Source: an uncultured delta proteobacterium (GTDB taxonomy: Bacteria; Myxococcota; UBA727; VGSZ01). From it: a stretch of DNA of 64,000 bases. The translations under genes and the position numbers were made by a program. Where the stretch lies: NCBI GenBank assembly GCA_963775425.1, contig CAVZJB010000016.1, forward strand, positions 704,001 through 768,000, given 5' to 3'. Positions within the stretch are counted from its first letter, which is position 1. Each line of letters begins with the position of its first letter. Of the stretch, positions 1 through 11,783 are shown piece by piece. The notes below the pieces were generated by a model. The model was not told where the DNA came from. It did no database searches and worked only from the letters and a program-made list of their open reading frames with translations.

Positions 1-393
1 CACCTCGAGGCACACCGCGTGGAGGTCGTCGTGCTCGCGGGCTTCATGCGCGTGCTCACGGCGTCGTTCCTCACGCGCTGGGAGCGGCGCGTGGTGAACG
101 TGCACCCCGCCCTCTGCCCCGCGTTCCCGGGGATGCACGCCGCGCGGCAGGCGCTCGAGCACGGCGCGCGCGTCACCGGCTGCACGGTCCACCTCGTCGA
201 CGCCGGCGTCGACACGGGCCCCATCCTCGCGCAGGCCGCCGTCCCGGTCCTCGACGACGACGACGAGGACGCGCTCCAGCGGCGCATCCAGGGTGAGGAG
301 CACCGGCTGCTCCCCGCGGTCCTCGCCGCCGCGGCCGCCGGCGCCGTCCGCGTCGTCGACGGCCGCGTGCGCGCGTTCGGCCTCGTGCCTTGA
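1..393 (+). CDS. purN: Phosphoribosylglycinamide formyltransferase, 5' end outside the window
   Basis: LAGFMRVL, NVHPALCPAFPG, GCTVHLVDAGVDTGPIL and EHRL motifs; the frame is open back to base 1. Confidence 0.95.
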   Translation, partial: HLEAHRVEVVVLAGFMRVLTASFLTRWERRVVNVHPALCPAFPGMHAARQALEHGARVTGCTVHLVDAGVDTGPILAQAAVPVLDDDDEDALQRRIQGEEHRLLPAVLAAAAAGAVRVVDGRVRAFGLVP

Positions 394-552
394 GCCTCCG
401 CGTCGTGGGTACCGCGATGTCGGGGCGCGCGGCGCATCTCTCGCGGAAGCGCGAGCTCCGCGAGCGGGCCCACGCGATCACAAACACCAAGCCCGGGGGG
501 CCCGCGCGAAAGCGTGGGGGGCCCGAGGGCCCCGCGCGAAGCGCGCAAGGTT

Positions 553-1152
553 CTACCTACACTCGAGCGCGTCGGCGAAGGCGGCGGGCGGGGCTTCTTC
601 GTCGGCGTTGGACGAGCGGAACAGCAGGCAGCCGCGCTGGGTGCAGACCGCGTCGTCGAAGCAGCCGAGCTCGCAGGAGCAGCCGGAGCCGTCGTCGCCG
701 ACGAGCACCACCTGCGCCTGCACGGCGGCCGGGACGCCGTCGGGATCCTCGACGGTGAGCGCGAGCGAGTAGGTGCCTGGCGCCTCGAAGGTGTGCTGCG
801 CGATGCCGTCGTCGTCCTGGGCCTCGGGCGTGCCGTCGCCCCAGTCCACGCGGAACTGCAGGGCGTCGCCGTCGATGTCGTCGGAGAGGCTGCCGTCGGC
901 GGTGACGGGCTCAGACGCCGGCCAGAGCTGCGGGACGATCACGCGCGCGACCGGCGCGTGGTCCACGTCCAGCCCGCCCGGCGACTCCACGCACGCGCCC
1001 GCGAACGCGAGCGCGGCGAGGCCGGCGAGCGCGAGCGCCGCCCGCCGCAGGTGCCCGCGACGGCCCGACGCGTGGGCCCCGTGCAGCGCCCGCGTCGTGG
1101 CGCCGTGACGCGCCGGCGACGGATGCCAACCGGATCGGCGCGCTGAGGTCAC
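553..1152 (-). CDS. PKD-domain lipoprotein with Cys-rich tail
   Basis: LAFAGAC lipobox; SDDIDGDALQFRVDWGDG...HTFEAPGTYSLALTVED PKD motif; GTG start overlaps the upstream stop (GTGA); start uncertain. Confidence 0.7.
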   Translation of the reverse strand: MTSARRSGWHPSPARHGATTRALHGAHASGRRGHLRRAALALAGLAALAFAGACVESPGGLDVDHAPVARVIVPQLWPASEPVTADGSLSDDIDGDALQFRVDWGDGTPEAQDDDGIAQHTFEAPGTYSLALTVEDPDGVPAAVQAQVVLVGDDGSGCSCELGCFDDAVCTQRGCLLFRSSNADEEAPPAAFADALECR

Positions 1153-1895
1153 GCGGGGTTCTCCACGTCGACGAAGCTCGCATCCAGGCCCACGGAGCGC
1201 AACTTCGATGCGAGGGCGCGCGGGCCGAAGCGCTCGGTGGCGTGATGCCCCGCAGCGACGAACACGGTGCCGCTCTCCTCCGCGACCGCCTTCACCCACT
1301 CCGTCACCTCGCCGGTGAGGTACCCGTCGAGCCCCGCGGCGATGGCGTCGTGCAACAGCTCCGGCGCACCGCCCGTGCAGACGCCCAAGGTCGAGACGTC
1401 GCGCGCACCAAACGAAACCAGCGGCGGGCCGATCCGCTTCCGCACCTCGTCGGCGAGCGCCTCCGCCGACAGCGGCGCGGGCAGCCGGCCCTTGAGCCCG
1501 ATGAGCTGCCCCTTGTACGTGCCGAACGGCTCGGTCTCGACGAGCCCGAGCGCCGCGGCGATGCCGGCGTTGTTCCCGAATTCCGGCTGCGCGTCGAGCG
1601 GCAGGTGGAACGCGAACAGGTTGATGTCGCTGTCGACGAGGAGCGCCACCCGCTTCTTCAGCCAACCGTCGATGCGGCGGATGCCGCCGCCCCAGACGAG
1701 GCCGTGGTGCACGACGACGGCGTCGGCGCCCGCGGCGCGCGCCGCCTCGAGGAGCGCGAGGTTCGCCGACACGCCGCACACCACGCGCGTGACCTCCGCC
1801 TTGCCCTCGACCTGCAGGCCGTTTTCGGCGACGTCGTTGAACGCCGCGGGCTTGAGCCACCCGTCGAGGAGCGCGGCGAATTCCGTCCGGTTCAC
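1149..1895 (-). CDS. Nif3-like (YbgI) dinuclear metal-centre protein
   Basis: ENGLQVEG, HHG, HLPLDAQPEFGNN, YLTGE, AGHHATERFG, DVENPA. Confidence 0.93.
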   Translation of the reverse strand: MNRTEFAALLDGWLKPAAFNDVAENGLQVEGKAEVTRVVCGVSANLALLEAARAAGADAVVVHHGLVWGGGIRRIDGWLKKRVALLVDSDINLFAFHLPLDAQPEFGNNAGIAAALGLVETEPFGTYKGQLIGLKGRLPAPLSAEALADEVRKRIGPPLVSFGARDVSTLGVCTGGAPELLHDAIAAGLDGYLTGEVTEWVKAVAEESGTVFVAAGHHATERFGPRALASKLRSVGLDASFVDVENPA

Positions 1896-2096
1896 GACGG
1901 GCAGCCTACAGGTGAGGTGGCGTCGCGTCAGCCGAGGAGCGGAAGGGCGCGCCGTCTTTTTCACCCCTCGGGCGAGCTCCTCGAGATGGACATCGACGGC
2001 GACGGCAATGCTCCCCGCACCCGCGTCGAGCACCATCTCGCCCACGTCGCTAAGCGCAGGAGCCGACGAGCGCGCTACCGCGAGAGTCGCAAGAAC

Positions 2097-3047
2097 CTAG
2101 GGGCACGCGGCGCCGACGGCGACCTCGGTCATCGCGGGGTCGACGCTGACGACGGTGTAGACGCCGTTACTGCGGCGAAGCTGGACGGCGTTCACGGTGC
2201 CGCCCGCCGACATGGTCGTGCAGAACTCGCGCGTGAAGCCCCCGGGGACCTCGACGTGGACGCGCACGGGGACGGGGCCGCGCGCCATGCAGTCGGCGTT
2301 GGTGACGACGCTGGCGGCGCTGCTGGCGGCGAGCGCGCAGGAGCCGCCGAGCTGCGTGTAGTCGAAGCAGGCGGCGGGCGCGCCGAAGTCGCCTTCGCAG
2401 TCGAGGTCGAAGCAGGAGTAGTTCACGCTCTCTGCGGTGGAGGCCGGCGACAGCAGGCAGTCGTCGACGACGGAGGCGCGCACGGTGTACGTGCCGTCGG
2501 CGGCGGTGTCCTGCTCGACGGCTTCGTCGACGGGCCACACCTCGTTGGTCCGCGGCTCCTCCTGGCGCGAGACGAACCACTGCGCGCCGGCGAGGCCGCA
2601 GGAGCACTTGCCGCCGTCGATGCCGCAGGACTGGTCGGCGGGCTTGGCGCAGGTGCCGCCGCTTTGGGCGACGAGCGCGATGTCGACGTTGGACGCGGGG
2701 ACCGCGGGGGTGCACGGGCACCCCGGGAGCGCGTCGACGAGCTGGGGGCCGGCGGTGGCCAGGAGCGTCTGGGGGCCGCTCGGGCCGGGGTCGCCCTCGC
2801 CCTCGCCCTCGCCTTCGCCGCCGACGACGTCGCCTTCGCCTTCGCCTTCGCCGGCAAAGACGTCGCCCTCGCCTTCGCCGCCGACGTCGCCCTCGCCCTC
2901 GCCGCCGGGGTCACCGACGGGCAGCGGATCCGCGCAGGCCGCGTCGGTGCAGGCGCCGGGGTTCGGGGGTGCGCCGTCGGGGCCCTTCACGTCGCTCGCG
3001 CACGCGGCGGCGAGCCAAAGCGGAAGGAGCGCGAGGGGAAGGCGCAT
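2097..3047 (-). CDS. Cys-rich lipoprotein with GEGEGE linker
   Basis: LAAAC lipobox, (GE)n repeats, many Cys, strong GC3 bias. Confidence 0.8.
   Translation of the reverse strand: MRLPLALLPLWLAAACASDVKGPDGAPPNPGACTDAACADPLPVGDPGGEGEGDVGGEGEGDVFAGEGEGEGDVVGGEGEGEGEGDPGPSGPQTLLATAGPQLVDALPGCPCTPAVPASNVDIALVAQSGGTCAKPADQSCGIDGGKCSCGLAGAQWFVSRQEEPRTNEVWPVDEAVEQDTAADGTYTVRASVVDDCLLSPASTAESVNYSCFDLDCEGDFGAPAACFDYTQLGGSCALAASSAASVVTNADCMARGPVPVRVHVEVPGGFTREFCTTMSAGGTVNAVQLRRSNGVYTVVSVDPAMTEVAVGAACP
2790..2906 (-). repeat. Low-complexity GGCGAR codon repeats encoding Gly-Glu linker
   Basis: Repeated cgccct/cgcctt hexamers on the + strand. Confidence 0.8.
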
Positions 3048-3106
3048 GCGGGGTTATCGGCCGCGCCCGGCCTACGTTCCCCCACATCGGTCGGATGTCG
3101 TACGGC

Positions 3107-5830
3107 TCAGCGGCGGCGACGGCGCAAGGCGAGCGCCGAGGCGAGCGCCAGGGCGCCGAGCCAGAGGCCGTCGGCGCCGGTCTGGGCGCAGCCGCCGCGG
3201 GCGGCGGCCTCCTCGTCGATGCGCTTGCCGGCGACGATGAGGTCGAGGCCGGCGGCGCGGCTGACGTTGCCGGCGGCGTCGATGGCGCGGACGGCGACGC
3301 GGCGGGCGCCGTCGTGCGCGAGCTCCTTCACCGAGCGCACGGACGTGGTGCCCGGATCGCTCCAGTCGCCGTCATCGAGCTGCCACTGCCAGCGCAGCGC
3401 CTCGAAGGGGCTGCCGACGTCGAAGCCGTGGGCGACGACGTCCTCGCCGACGACCTTGAGGTCCACCTTGGGCGGCTCCGGGTCCACCCAGACCTTCACG
3501 CTCTGCGCGCCGTCTTCGGGCTCGAGCGAGTTGGGATCGCCGATGGTGCGCGCGCGCAGGGTGACCGTGTGCTCCCCGACGAGGAACAGCTTGGGATCCT
3601 TGATGACGACGACGCCGTCGGCGCCCGGCTCGATGGGCCCGCGCCACATGCCGAAGTCGACGCGCGCGAAGTACTCGTGACCGTCGAACGCGTCGTCGGT
3701 CTCGACGCGCACCTGGCCCGTGGGCATCCCCGTCATCCCCGGCGGCAACTGCTCCGCGTCCGGCATCCGCAGCACACCCGCGTCGTCCGCGATGCGCAGG
3801 TCGAGGGTGCGCGCGGTGAACGGCTGCGGCTGTTCCGACGTGAGCCCGAGGTACACGTTCAGGAACTGCCGATCCTCGGGCGGCGTGGTCTCGAGCCCGA
3901 CGAACTGCACGAAGATGGGGGCGCCGCCGAGGGCGCTCGAGAGCGTGGGGCCGACGTCGAAGTTGAACTCGAGGTTGTTGCCGATGGCGGCGTCGAAGAC
4001 CGTGCCGATGAGGGACTGCAGCACCTCGGTGAAGGCCACGCCGGGCAGGAGCTCGTTGTAGCGCTCGGTGAAGTTCTCGATGTTGGGACCGTCCACGACC
4101 GCGATGCGCAGCGAGCTGGTGGCGGGGTCGTTGAACACGCTGAGCTGCATCGAGATGTCGGTGGCGACGGCGAACACCCTCGAGAAGCGCTCGTTCATCT
4201 GGACGTAGAAGCTCACCTCGGTGTTGGGCCAGGTGATCTTGATGTGGCCGTCGGTGTCGGTGCCCTCGCCGTAGGTGAGCACGGGCGGCTGGCTCGGCGC
4301 GATGGCGATGAGCGCCGGCGAGTTGTCGGACGTGTACGCGCCGAGCTTGCCGCCGGTGAGGACGTCGATGAGGCCCGCCTTCAATTCGAACGCGCCCTTG
4401 GTGAGCTGATGGACCGCGTCCGGGGACGCTTCGATGCACAGCGCCCCCGAGTTGTACGCCGCGAACAGCGCCTGGTTGAGCGCCGGCGCCGCCAGGCTGG
4501 CGCCGAGCGAGTAGACCTGCCCGTCGAACACGCCGGTGAGCGGCTGCGCGTCGGGGACCTCGAATTCGAAGCCGCCGTAGAGGTCCGAGAAGTCGTTGCC
4601 CTCGATGTGGCGCACGCAGGGGTTCGGCACGGGGGTGTCGTCGGTGAGCGAGGGCGCGGCCTCGAAGCCCGACTTGAGGATCATGTCCATGCCCTGCGCG
4701 CCCGGAGACGGGTCGGGGGCGTTGACGTCGAAGGCGCCGGCGGTGGGTCCGACAGCGAAGCCCATGTCGAGCGCGGACGACGGGAGGATGCCGGGCGCGA
4801 AGCCCGCGAGGCTCAGGCGGCCCGACGCCGCGATGGGCGAGCCGTCGAATTGGTCGAGCGCGTTTCGCAGCGCGGTCTCGAGGAGCCCGGGCAGGAAGCC
4901 CTGGATGAGGTTGTTGACGAGGCCGGCGAAGGCGGCGGCGATGTCGACGAAGACGTTGCCGATGGCGCAGACGCCGCTGCACTCGGTGTCGCCGTTGGTG
5001 TCGACGAGGGCGTTGTAGTCGCTGCACTCCTCGGAGCAGACGCCGTCGCCGTCGGGCGTGCCGTCGTGACAGCTCACGGCGAAGTCGCAGCCGCCGCCGG
5101 GGCACTTGGGCGGCTTGTCGAGCGCGAGGTCGCCGGCGCCGAAGCCGCCGATGGACGCGCTGTTCACCGTGACGTCGATCTTCAGGCACTCGGGCGCGTT
5201 GTTGTCGCACTCGGCGTTGTTGCCCACGCGCGGCTTGATGGTGGCGTCGATGGACAGCGTGGTGAACATCGGGCGCCCGCCGAGGCCGCCGTTGGTCCCG
5301 AACAGGTCGCACGCCGCCGCGCCCAGGCCAAAGTCCGAGAAGATGCGCGCCTCGATGCCGACGGGGACGTTCTGCGCGACGATGTGGATGCCGTCGGGCT
5401 CACCGGGGTTCACGCCGACGAACTCCACCTGCAGGCCGTTCGCGAGCGCGTCGCCGTCGATGACCAGCGAGAGCGGGCGCGTCTCGTTGTCGTCGGCGTT
5501 GATGGAGATGCCGGCGCCGAGGTCGTGGCGGTTTCTATCGTGGATGACGAGCATCCCCGGGAACGCCGGGTCCGTGCCCAGGAGGCTGCCGAGGATGGGC
5601 CGGATGTTCTCGACGAGGAAGTCGAGCGCGTTCTGCGTCATGCGCATGCGCACGCCCTCGTCGACGAACTGGTCGCCGTTGGGCACCTGCGCGTTGGTCT
5701 GCGGGAAGTCGTAGGCGCTCTGACAGCCGCTCGAGCTCCCGCAGGAGAGCCCGCCGCCGCAGCCGTAGGTGGCGACGAGTGCGAGCGCGAGCATCACCGC
5801 GCGCGCGAGGGGGGAGCGTCGAGGGGACAT
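3107..5830 (-). CDS. 907-aa surface protein with putative BPI/LBP/CETP-like domains, Ig-like C-terminal modules and a MYXO-CTERM-like tail
   Basis: Signal/lipobox MSPRRSPLARAVMLALALVATYGC; GVRMRMTQNALDFL; ALNQALFAAYNSG; C-terminus GGCAQTGADGLWLGALALASALALRRRRR. Confidence 0.75.
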   Translation of the reverse strand: MSPRRSPLARAVMLALALVATYGCGGGLSCGSSSGCQSAYDFPQTNAQVPNGDQFVDEGVRMRMTQNALDFLVENIRPILGSLLGTDPAFPGMLVIHDRNRHDLGAGISINADDNETRPLSLVIDGDALANGLQVEFVGVNPGEPDGIHIVAQNVPVGIEARIFSDFGLGAAACDLFGTNGGLGGRPMFTTLSIDATIKPRVGNNAECDNNAPECLKIDVTVNSASIGGFGAGDLALDKPPKCPGGGCDFAVSCHDGTPDGDGVCSEECSDYNALVDTNGDTECSGVCAIGNVFVDIAAAFAGLVNNLIQGFLPGLLETALRNALDQFDGSPIAASGRLSLAGFAPGILPSSALDMGFAVGPTAGAFDVNAPDPSPGAQGMDMILKSGFEAAPSLTDDTPVPNPCVRHIEGNDFSDLYGGFEFEVPDAQPLTGVFDGQVYSLGASLAAPALNQALFAAYNSGALCIEASPDAVHQLTKGAFELKAGLIDVLTGGKLGAYTSDNSPALIAIAPSQPPVLTYGEGTDTDGHIKITWPNTEVSFYVQMNERFSRVFAVATDISMQLSVFNDPATSSLRIAVVDGPNIENFTERYNELLPGVAFTEVLQSLIGTVFDAAIGNNLEFNFDVGPTLSSALGGAPIFVQFVGLETTPPEDRQFLNVYLGLTSEQPQPFTARTLDLRIADDAGVLRMPDAEQLPPGMTGMPTGQVRVETDDAFDGHEYFARVDFGMWRGPIEPGADGVVVIKDPKLFLVGEHTVTLRARTIGDPNSLEPEDGAQSVKVWVDPEPPKVDLKVVGEDVVAHGFDVGSPFEALRWQWQLDDGDWSDPGTTSVRSVKELAHDGARRVAVRAIDAAGNVSRAAGLDLIVAGKRIDEEAAARGGCAQTGADGLWLGALALASALALRRRRR

Positions 5831-6028
5831 GTACCCTCGATTGAACCAGAAGCAGCGCCAGGGAGCCATACGGATCTCCGCTAGAAGCCGACATCGCATT
5901 CGGCGTAGGGGATTATCGCACCTGAGGGTGACGCGGTGCGGCGGATCTCGAAATGGCCGCGGGCGCGCCCCCGTTGTCCCCGCAGCCGTCGAGCTCCCGC
6001 GCGTGCGGGGCCGATCGCAGGGGGCTCC

Positions 6029-7190
6029 GTGACGACGACGACGCGCATCCTCTACCTCGCCCTCGCCGACGCGCGCGGGCACCTCATGCGCGCGCACGTG
6101 CTGCGTGGGGTCCTCGCGGGGCGCGGCGTCGAGGTCGACATCGTCACCACCAGCGACGACGGCGCGCGCTTCCTCGCGGCGCTGGGGACGCCGGCGGCGG
6201 TGTTGCCCGGCGGCTTCGGCATGGAGCTCGGGCCGCGCCACGACCTCCGCCTCGGAGCGACCCGGCGCCGCGTGCTGCGCTATGCGATGCGCGAGCTCCG
6301 GCGCGACGTCGACGCGCTGCGGGCGCGGGCGGCGGGGTGCGCGCTCGTCGTCAACGACTCGTTTCACCCGGCGCTCCTCGGGGCGCACCTGTTCGCGCCG
6401 GAGCTGTTCGTGGTGCACGTGCACGGCGAGAACCTGCGCGAGACGGTGCGCGCGCAGTCCCGCCCGCTGCGCGTCGATCGCTGGCTGTCGCACGCGCGGC
6501 AGATCGTGCACGCCCTCGACGACGTCCCCGGCGTGGGCGCTCGCGGCGAGCTGCGTCTGCCGCCGGTGATCGCGCTGCCCTCGAGCGCGCCCGGGGCGGT
6601 GCGGGCCGCGCTCGCGCCGTCGGCGAGGGGCCTGGCCGCGGTGTACCTGAACCCGCACTACCGCGCGCCGTTCATCGCCGACCTCGTCGAGGGCGCCGTC
6701 GCCGACGCCGGGCTGGCGCTGTGCGGCGTCTCCGAGGTGTTCGCCGGGCGGCCGGGGTGGCGCGCCGCCGACGGCGCGTTCGTCGACGTCGTCGCCGCCG
6801 CCGAGGTGTTCGTGTCGGGCGCGGGCATGGGGGCGCTCGAGCAGGCCCGCGCGACGGGGACCCCGCTCGTGTGCCTCCTCGGCGACCAGGCGGAGCAGAC
6901 GAGGAACGTCGCGGAGCGCGGGCTGCCGGCGGTCCACCTCGACGACCCCGGCGCGCGCGCGCGGCTCGCGCGCGCCCTCGCCTCGGTCCGAGGGACGAGG
7001 CGCGACGCGGACGGCCGACGCGAGAATCGCGCGCGTGCAGGCGATGTGGGGCGACGCGATCGGCTCGTTCATCGAGGAGGCCGCCCATGTCGACACGCGC
7101 CGAGACCGGCGCGCTCGACGACGTCAGCGCGCCGGCGGCGTGCGCGCCCGCGCTCCGCGTTCACCGCGCCGCGTTGGTAGGTCGACCTAG
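6029..7190 (+). CDS. GT-B fold glycosyltransferase-like protein, apparent +1 frameshift at ~7025
   Basis: RILYLALADARGHLMRA N-terminal motif; VSGAGMGALEQA...TPLVCL...QAEQTRN C-terminal motif; removing one A at 7025 gives REIARVQAMWGDAIGSFIEEA, stop at 7190 (stop at 7180 as written). Confidence 0.65.
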
Positions 7191-7210
7191 AGGGGGCGCA
7201 GGAGGCGGAC

Positions 7211-8200
7211 ATGCGCAGGCGGGCCATCGCCGCAGCCACGCTGGCGACCAGCGTCGCGCTCTTCGCGCGCGGCGTCGTGCGGACGCACCGGAGGGGGTGG
7301 CTGCGTGGCAAGGTCGTCGTCGTCACCGGCGGCACGCGCGGGCTCGGGCTCGCGCTCGCTCGCCGCTTCCTCGTTGAAGGCGCGCGCGTCGCCGTGTGCG
7401 CGCGCGATGAGAGCGAGGTGCGGGTCGCGCAACAGCTGCTGCCCGGCGCGCTCTGTCTGGCGTGCGACCTCACGGCGCCCGGCGCCGCCGCGGACCTCGT
7501 CGACAAGGTCGTCGCGCGGTACGGCGGCGTCGACGTCCTCGTCAACAACGCCGGCATCATCCAGGTGGGCGCGGCCGACGACATGACGCGCGAGGACTAC
7601 GAAGCCGCGATGAACATCCACTTCTTCGCGGCGCTCGACGCCGTTCGCGCGGTGCTCCCGGTGATGCGGAGGCGCGGCGGCGGACGGATCGTGAACATCG
7701 CCTCCCTCGGCGGCAAGCTCGCCGTGCCGCACATGCTGCCGTACACCGCGAGCAAGTTCGCGCTCGTCGGTCTGTCGGAGGGGTTGCGCGCCGAGCTCGC
7801 GCGCGAGGGCATCGCCGTCACGACGGTGTGCCCGGGGCCGATGCGCACCGGGAGCCCACGCAACGCGACCTTCAAGGGGAAGCACCGAGACGAGTACGCG
7901 TGGTTCGCGGTCACCGCGGCCGCGCCGGGCCTCTCCATCGCCGCGGACCGCGCCGCCGCCCGCATCGTGCGCGCGTGCAGAAACGGCGCGTCCGAGGTCT
8001 TCGTGTCGCTCCCGGCGCGGCTCGTCGCGGAGCTTCACGGGATCTTCCCGGGGCTCAGCGGCGACGTCGCCGCGCTCGTGAACCGCGCGCTCCCGCACGC
8101 CGCCGGCAGCGACGCGCACCGCGGCAAGGACAGCGCGTCACGACCGTCGATCCTGACCGAGCGCAACGAGCGCGCCGCGGCCCGGCAGAACCAACCGTAG
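7211..8200 (+). CDS. Short-chain dehydrogenase/reductase
   Basis: TGGTRGLG, NNAG, YTASK; SD GGAGG upstream. Confidence 0.92.
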   Translation: MRRRAIAAATLATSVALFARGVVRTHRRGWLRGKVVVVTGGTRGLGLALARRFLVEGARVAVCARDESEVRVAQQLLPGALCLACDLTAPGAAADLVDKVVARYGGVDVLVNNAGIIQVGAADDMTREDYEAAMNIHFFAALDAVRAVLPVMRRRGGGRIVNIASLGGKLAVPHMLPYTASKFALVGLSEGLRAELAREGIAVTTVCPGPMRTGSPRNATFKGKHRDEYAWFAVTAAAPGLSIAADRAAARIVRACRNGASEVFVSLPARLVAELHGIFPGLSGDVAALVNRALPHAAGSDAHRGKDSASRPSILTERNERAAARQNQP

Positions 8201-8245
8201 CCGGAGATCACGCGCGCGAAAGGGGCGCGCCCCGCGACGACGCCG

Positions 8246-9016
8246 TCACGCCAAGAGCGCGCAGCAGGTGACGCCGCCCTCGGCCTTGGCAAGCTCGCTG
8301 TTGTCGACCGGGACGACGCGGACGCCCTGCGCCCCGAGGCGCGCGCCGGTGCGCTCGTGCTCCCGCGGGTACACGACGACGTCACCGACCAGCAGCGCGT
8401 TGGCGGCGGCCGGCTCGTCGGGGTGCACCTCGATGAAGCGCCGCCCGTCGCCGTGCTCGAAGGCCGCCGGCGCCACGAACGCGGGGTTCACGAGGAGCGC
8501 GCCGCCGCCGACGTGCGTGCACGCCGTCTTCAGGTGCAGGCAGCCGGTGACGTCGACGGCGCGCACCGTCTTTCCGAGCGGCGCGAGCGCGCGGGACAGC
8601 GCCTCGATCCCCGCGTCGTTGGTGCGGGCCGTGCGGCCGACGTAGACGTCGGCGCCGACGACGAGGACGTCGCCGCCGTCGAGCGTGGCCGGCGCCTCCA
8701 TGCCCACCAGGCGCTTGCCCTGCCGCAGGAGCGCGGACGCCACCGGCGCCACCTCGCCCCGACGGCTCTCCGCACCCGCCCGCGCGATGACGGCGACCGG
8801 GCCGACCGCGACCGCGGTGTCTTCGATGAACACGCAGTCGGGGTGCGCGTCATCCGCCGGCACCTCGAGCACGTGGAGCCCGAGCACGCGCAACACGTCG
8901 GCGTACGCCGCGTGTTGGCGGCGTGCGACGTCGACGTCGATGGGTGCGCGCGTGAGGTGCGTGAGCTCGCACTCCGCGAGCGTCGACGCGACCCCACGCA
9001 CGAGGGCGGTGGGCAC
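8246..9016 (-). CDS. ddaH: Dimethylarginine dimethylaminohydrolase (amidinotransferase family)
   Basis: [33 protein letters not shown]. Confidence 0.88.
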   Translation of the reverse strand: MPTALVRGVASTLAECELTHLTRAPIDVDVARRQHAAYADVLRVLGLHVLEVPADDAHPDCVFIEDTAVAVGPVAVIARAGAESRRGEVAPVASALLRQGKRLVGMEAPATLDGGDVLVVGADVYVGRTARTNDAGIEALSRALAPLGKTVRAVDVTGCLHLKTACTHVGGGALLVNPAFVAPAAFEHGDGRRFIEVHPDEPAAANALLVGDVVVYPREHERTGARLGAQGVRVVPVDNSELAKAEGGVTCCALLA

Positions 9017-9025
9017 CGGAGCCGC

Positions 9026-11233
<2,208 letters not shown>

Positions 11234-11246
11234 CTGACTCTCCAAA

Positions 11247-11318
11247 GCCAGATGAACGGATGCGGCGGGGTCGCGAGTGTCGTCGTCGTTCGCGAGCGCG
11301 CCGCATACTTCATCTGGC
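11247..11318 (-). promoter_or_regulatory. Long imperfect hairpin in the pnp leader (RNase III-type stem candidate)
   Basis: gccagatgaa/ttcatctggc, atgcggcg/cgccgcat and tcgcga/tcgcga arms are complementary. Confidence 0.6.
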
Positions 11319-11346
11319 GCAAAGCCTGGCCGGGACTCCGACCAGG

Positions 11347-11380
11347 GAAACAGAAAAGCGGGGCCAGAGAGGCCCCGCTT
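11347..11380 (-). terminator. Intrinsic terminator after rpsO
   Basis: Minus strand aagcggggcc-tctct-ggccccgctt followed by ttctgttt. Confidence 0.75.
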
Positions 11381-11392
11381 CCCGACGAACCG

Positions 11393-11656
11393 TTACTTAC
11401 GAAGTCCGAGCTGATCGATCAGCTTCTTGTAGCGCTCGAGATCCTTGCCCTTCAGGTAGTTGAGCAGGCCCCGGCGCTGGGACACGAGCTTCAAGAGCCC
11501 GATGCGCCCGTGGTGGTCATGCTTGTGGATCTTGAAGTGCTCGGTGAGGCTGTTGATGCGCTCGCTCATGAGCGCGACCTGGACCTCGGGGGAGCCGGTG
11601 TCGCCGGTCTTCTGCGCGAACTTCTCGACGATTTCGCGCTTCTTTTCCACGTACAT
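11393..11656 (-). CDS. rpsO: 30S ribosomal protein S15
   Basis: [31 protein letters not shown]; SD AAGGAAGG. Confidence 0.98.
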   Translation of the reverse strand: MYVEKKREIVEKFAQKTGDTGSPEVQVALMSERINSLTEHFKIHKHDHHGRIGLLKLVSQRRGLLNYLKGKDLERYKKLIDQLGLRK

Positions 11657-11716
11657 CGTTGAAACCTTCCTTGTCACCGCGGGCCCAGCGAAATTGCCGG
11701 GCGAGGGTCTGGGCGC

Positions 11717-11745
11717 GGGGTACGCACACCCGCCGGGGGTGTCAA
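11717..11745 (-). promoter_or_regulatory. Putative sigma70 promoter of rpsO
   Basis: Perfect TTGACA, 17-nt spacer, weak -10 TACCCC. Confidence 0.5.
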
Positions 11746-11783
11746 TGCAGGCGGAGCGGCGCGGGAACCGCTAGGATGGCGCG

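Noticed and set aside
5831-7096. N-terminal extension of the 1329-aa ORF 3107..7096
   Set aside because: It is the antisense shadow of the glycosyltransferase; the signal peptide begins at 5830
7075-7377. Strong SD (GAGGAGG) plus ATG at 7087, a possible small gene or remnant
   Set aside because: The frame runs out of phase into the SDR gene with no recognisable protein; cannot be supported
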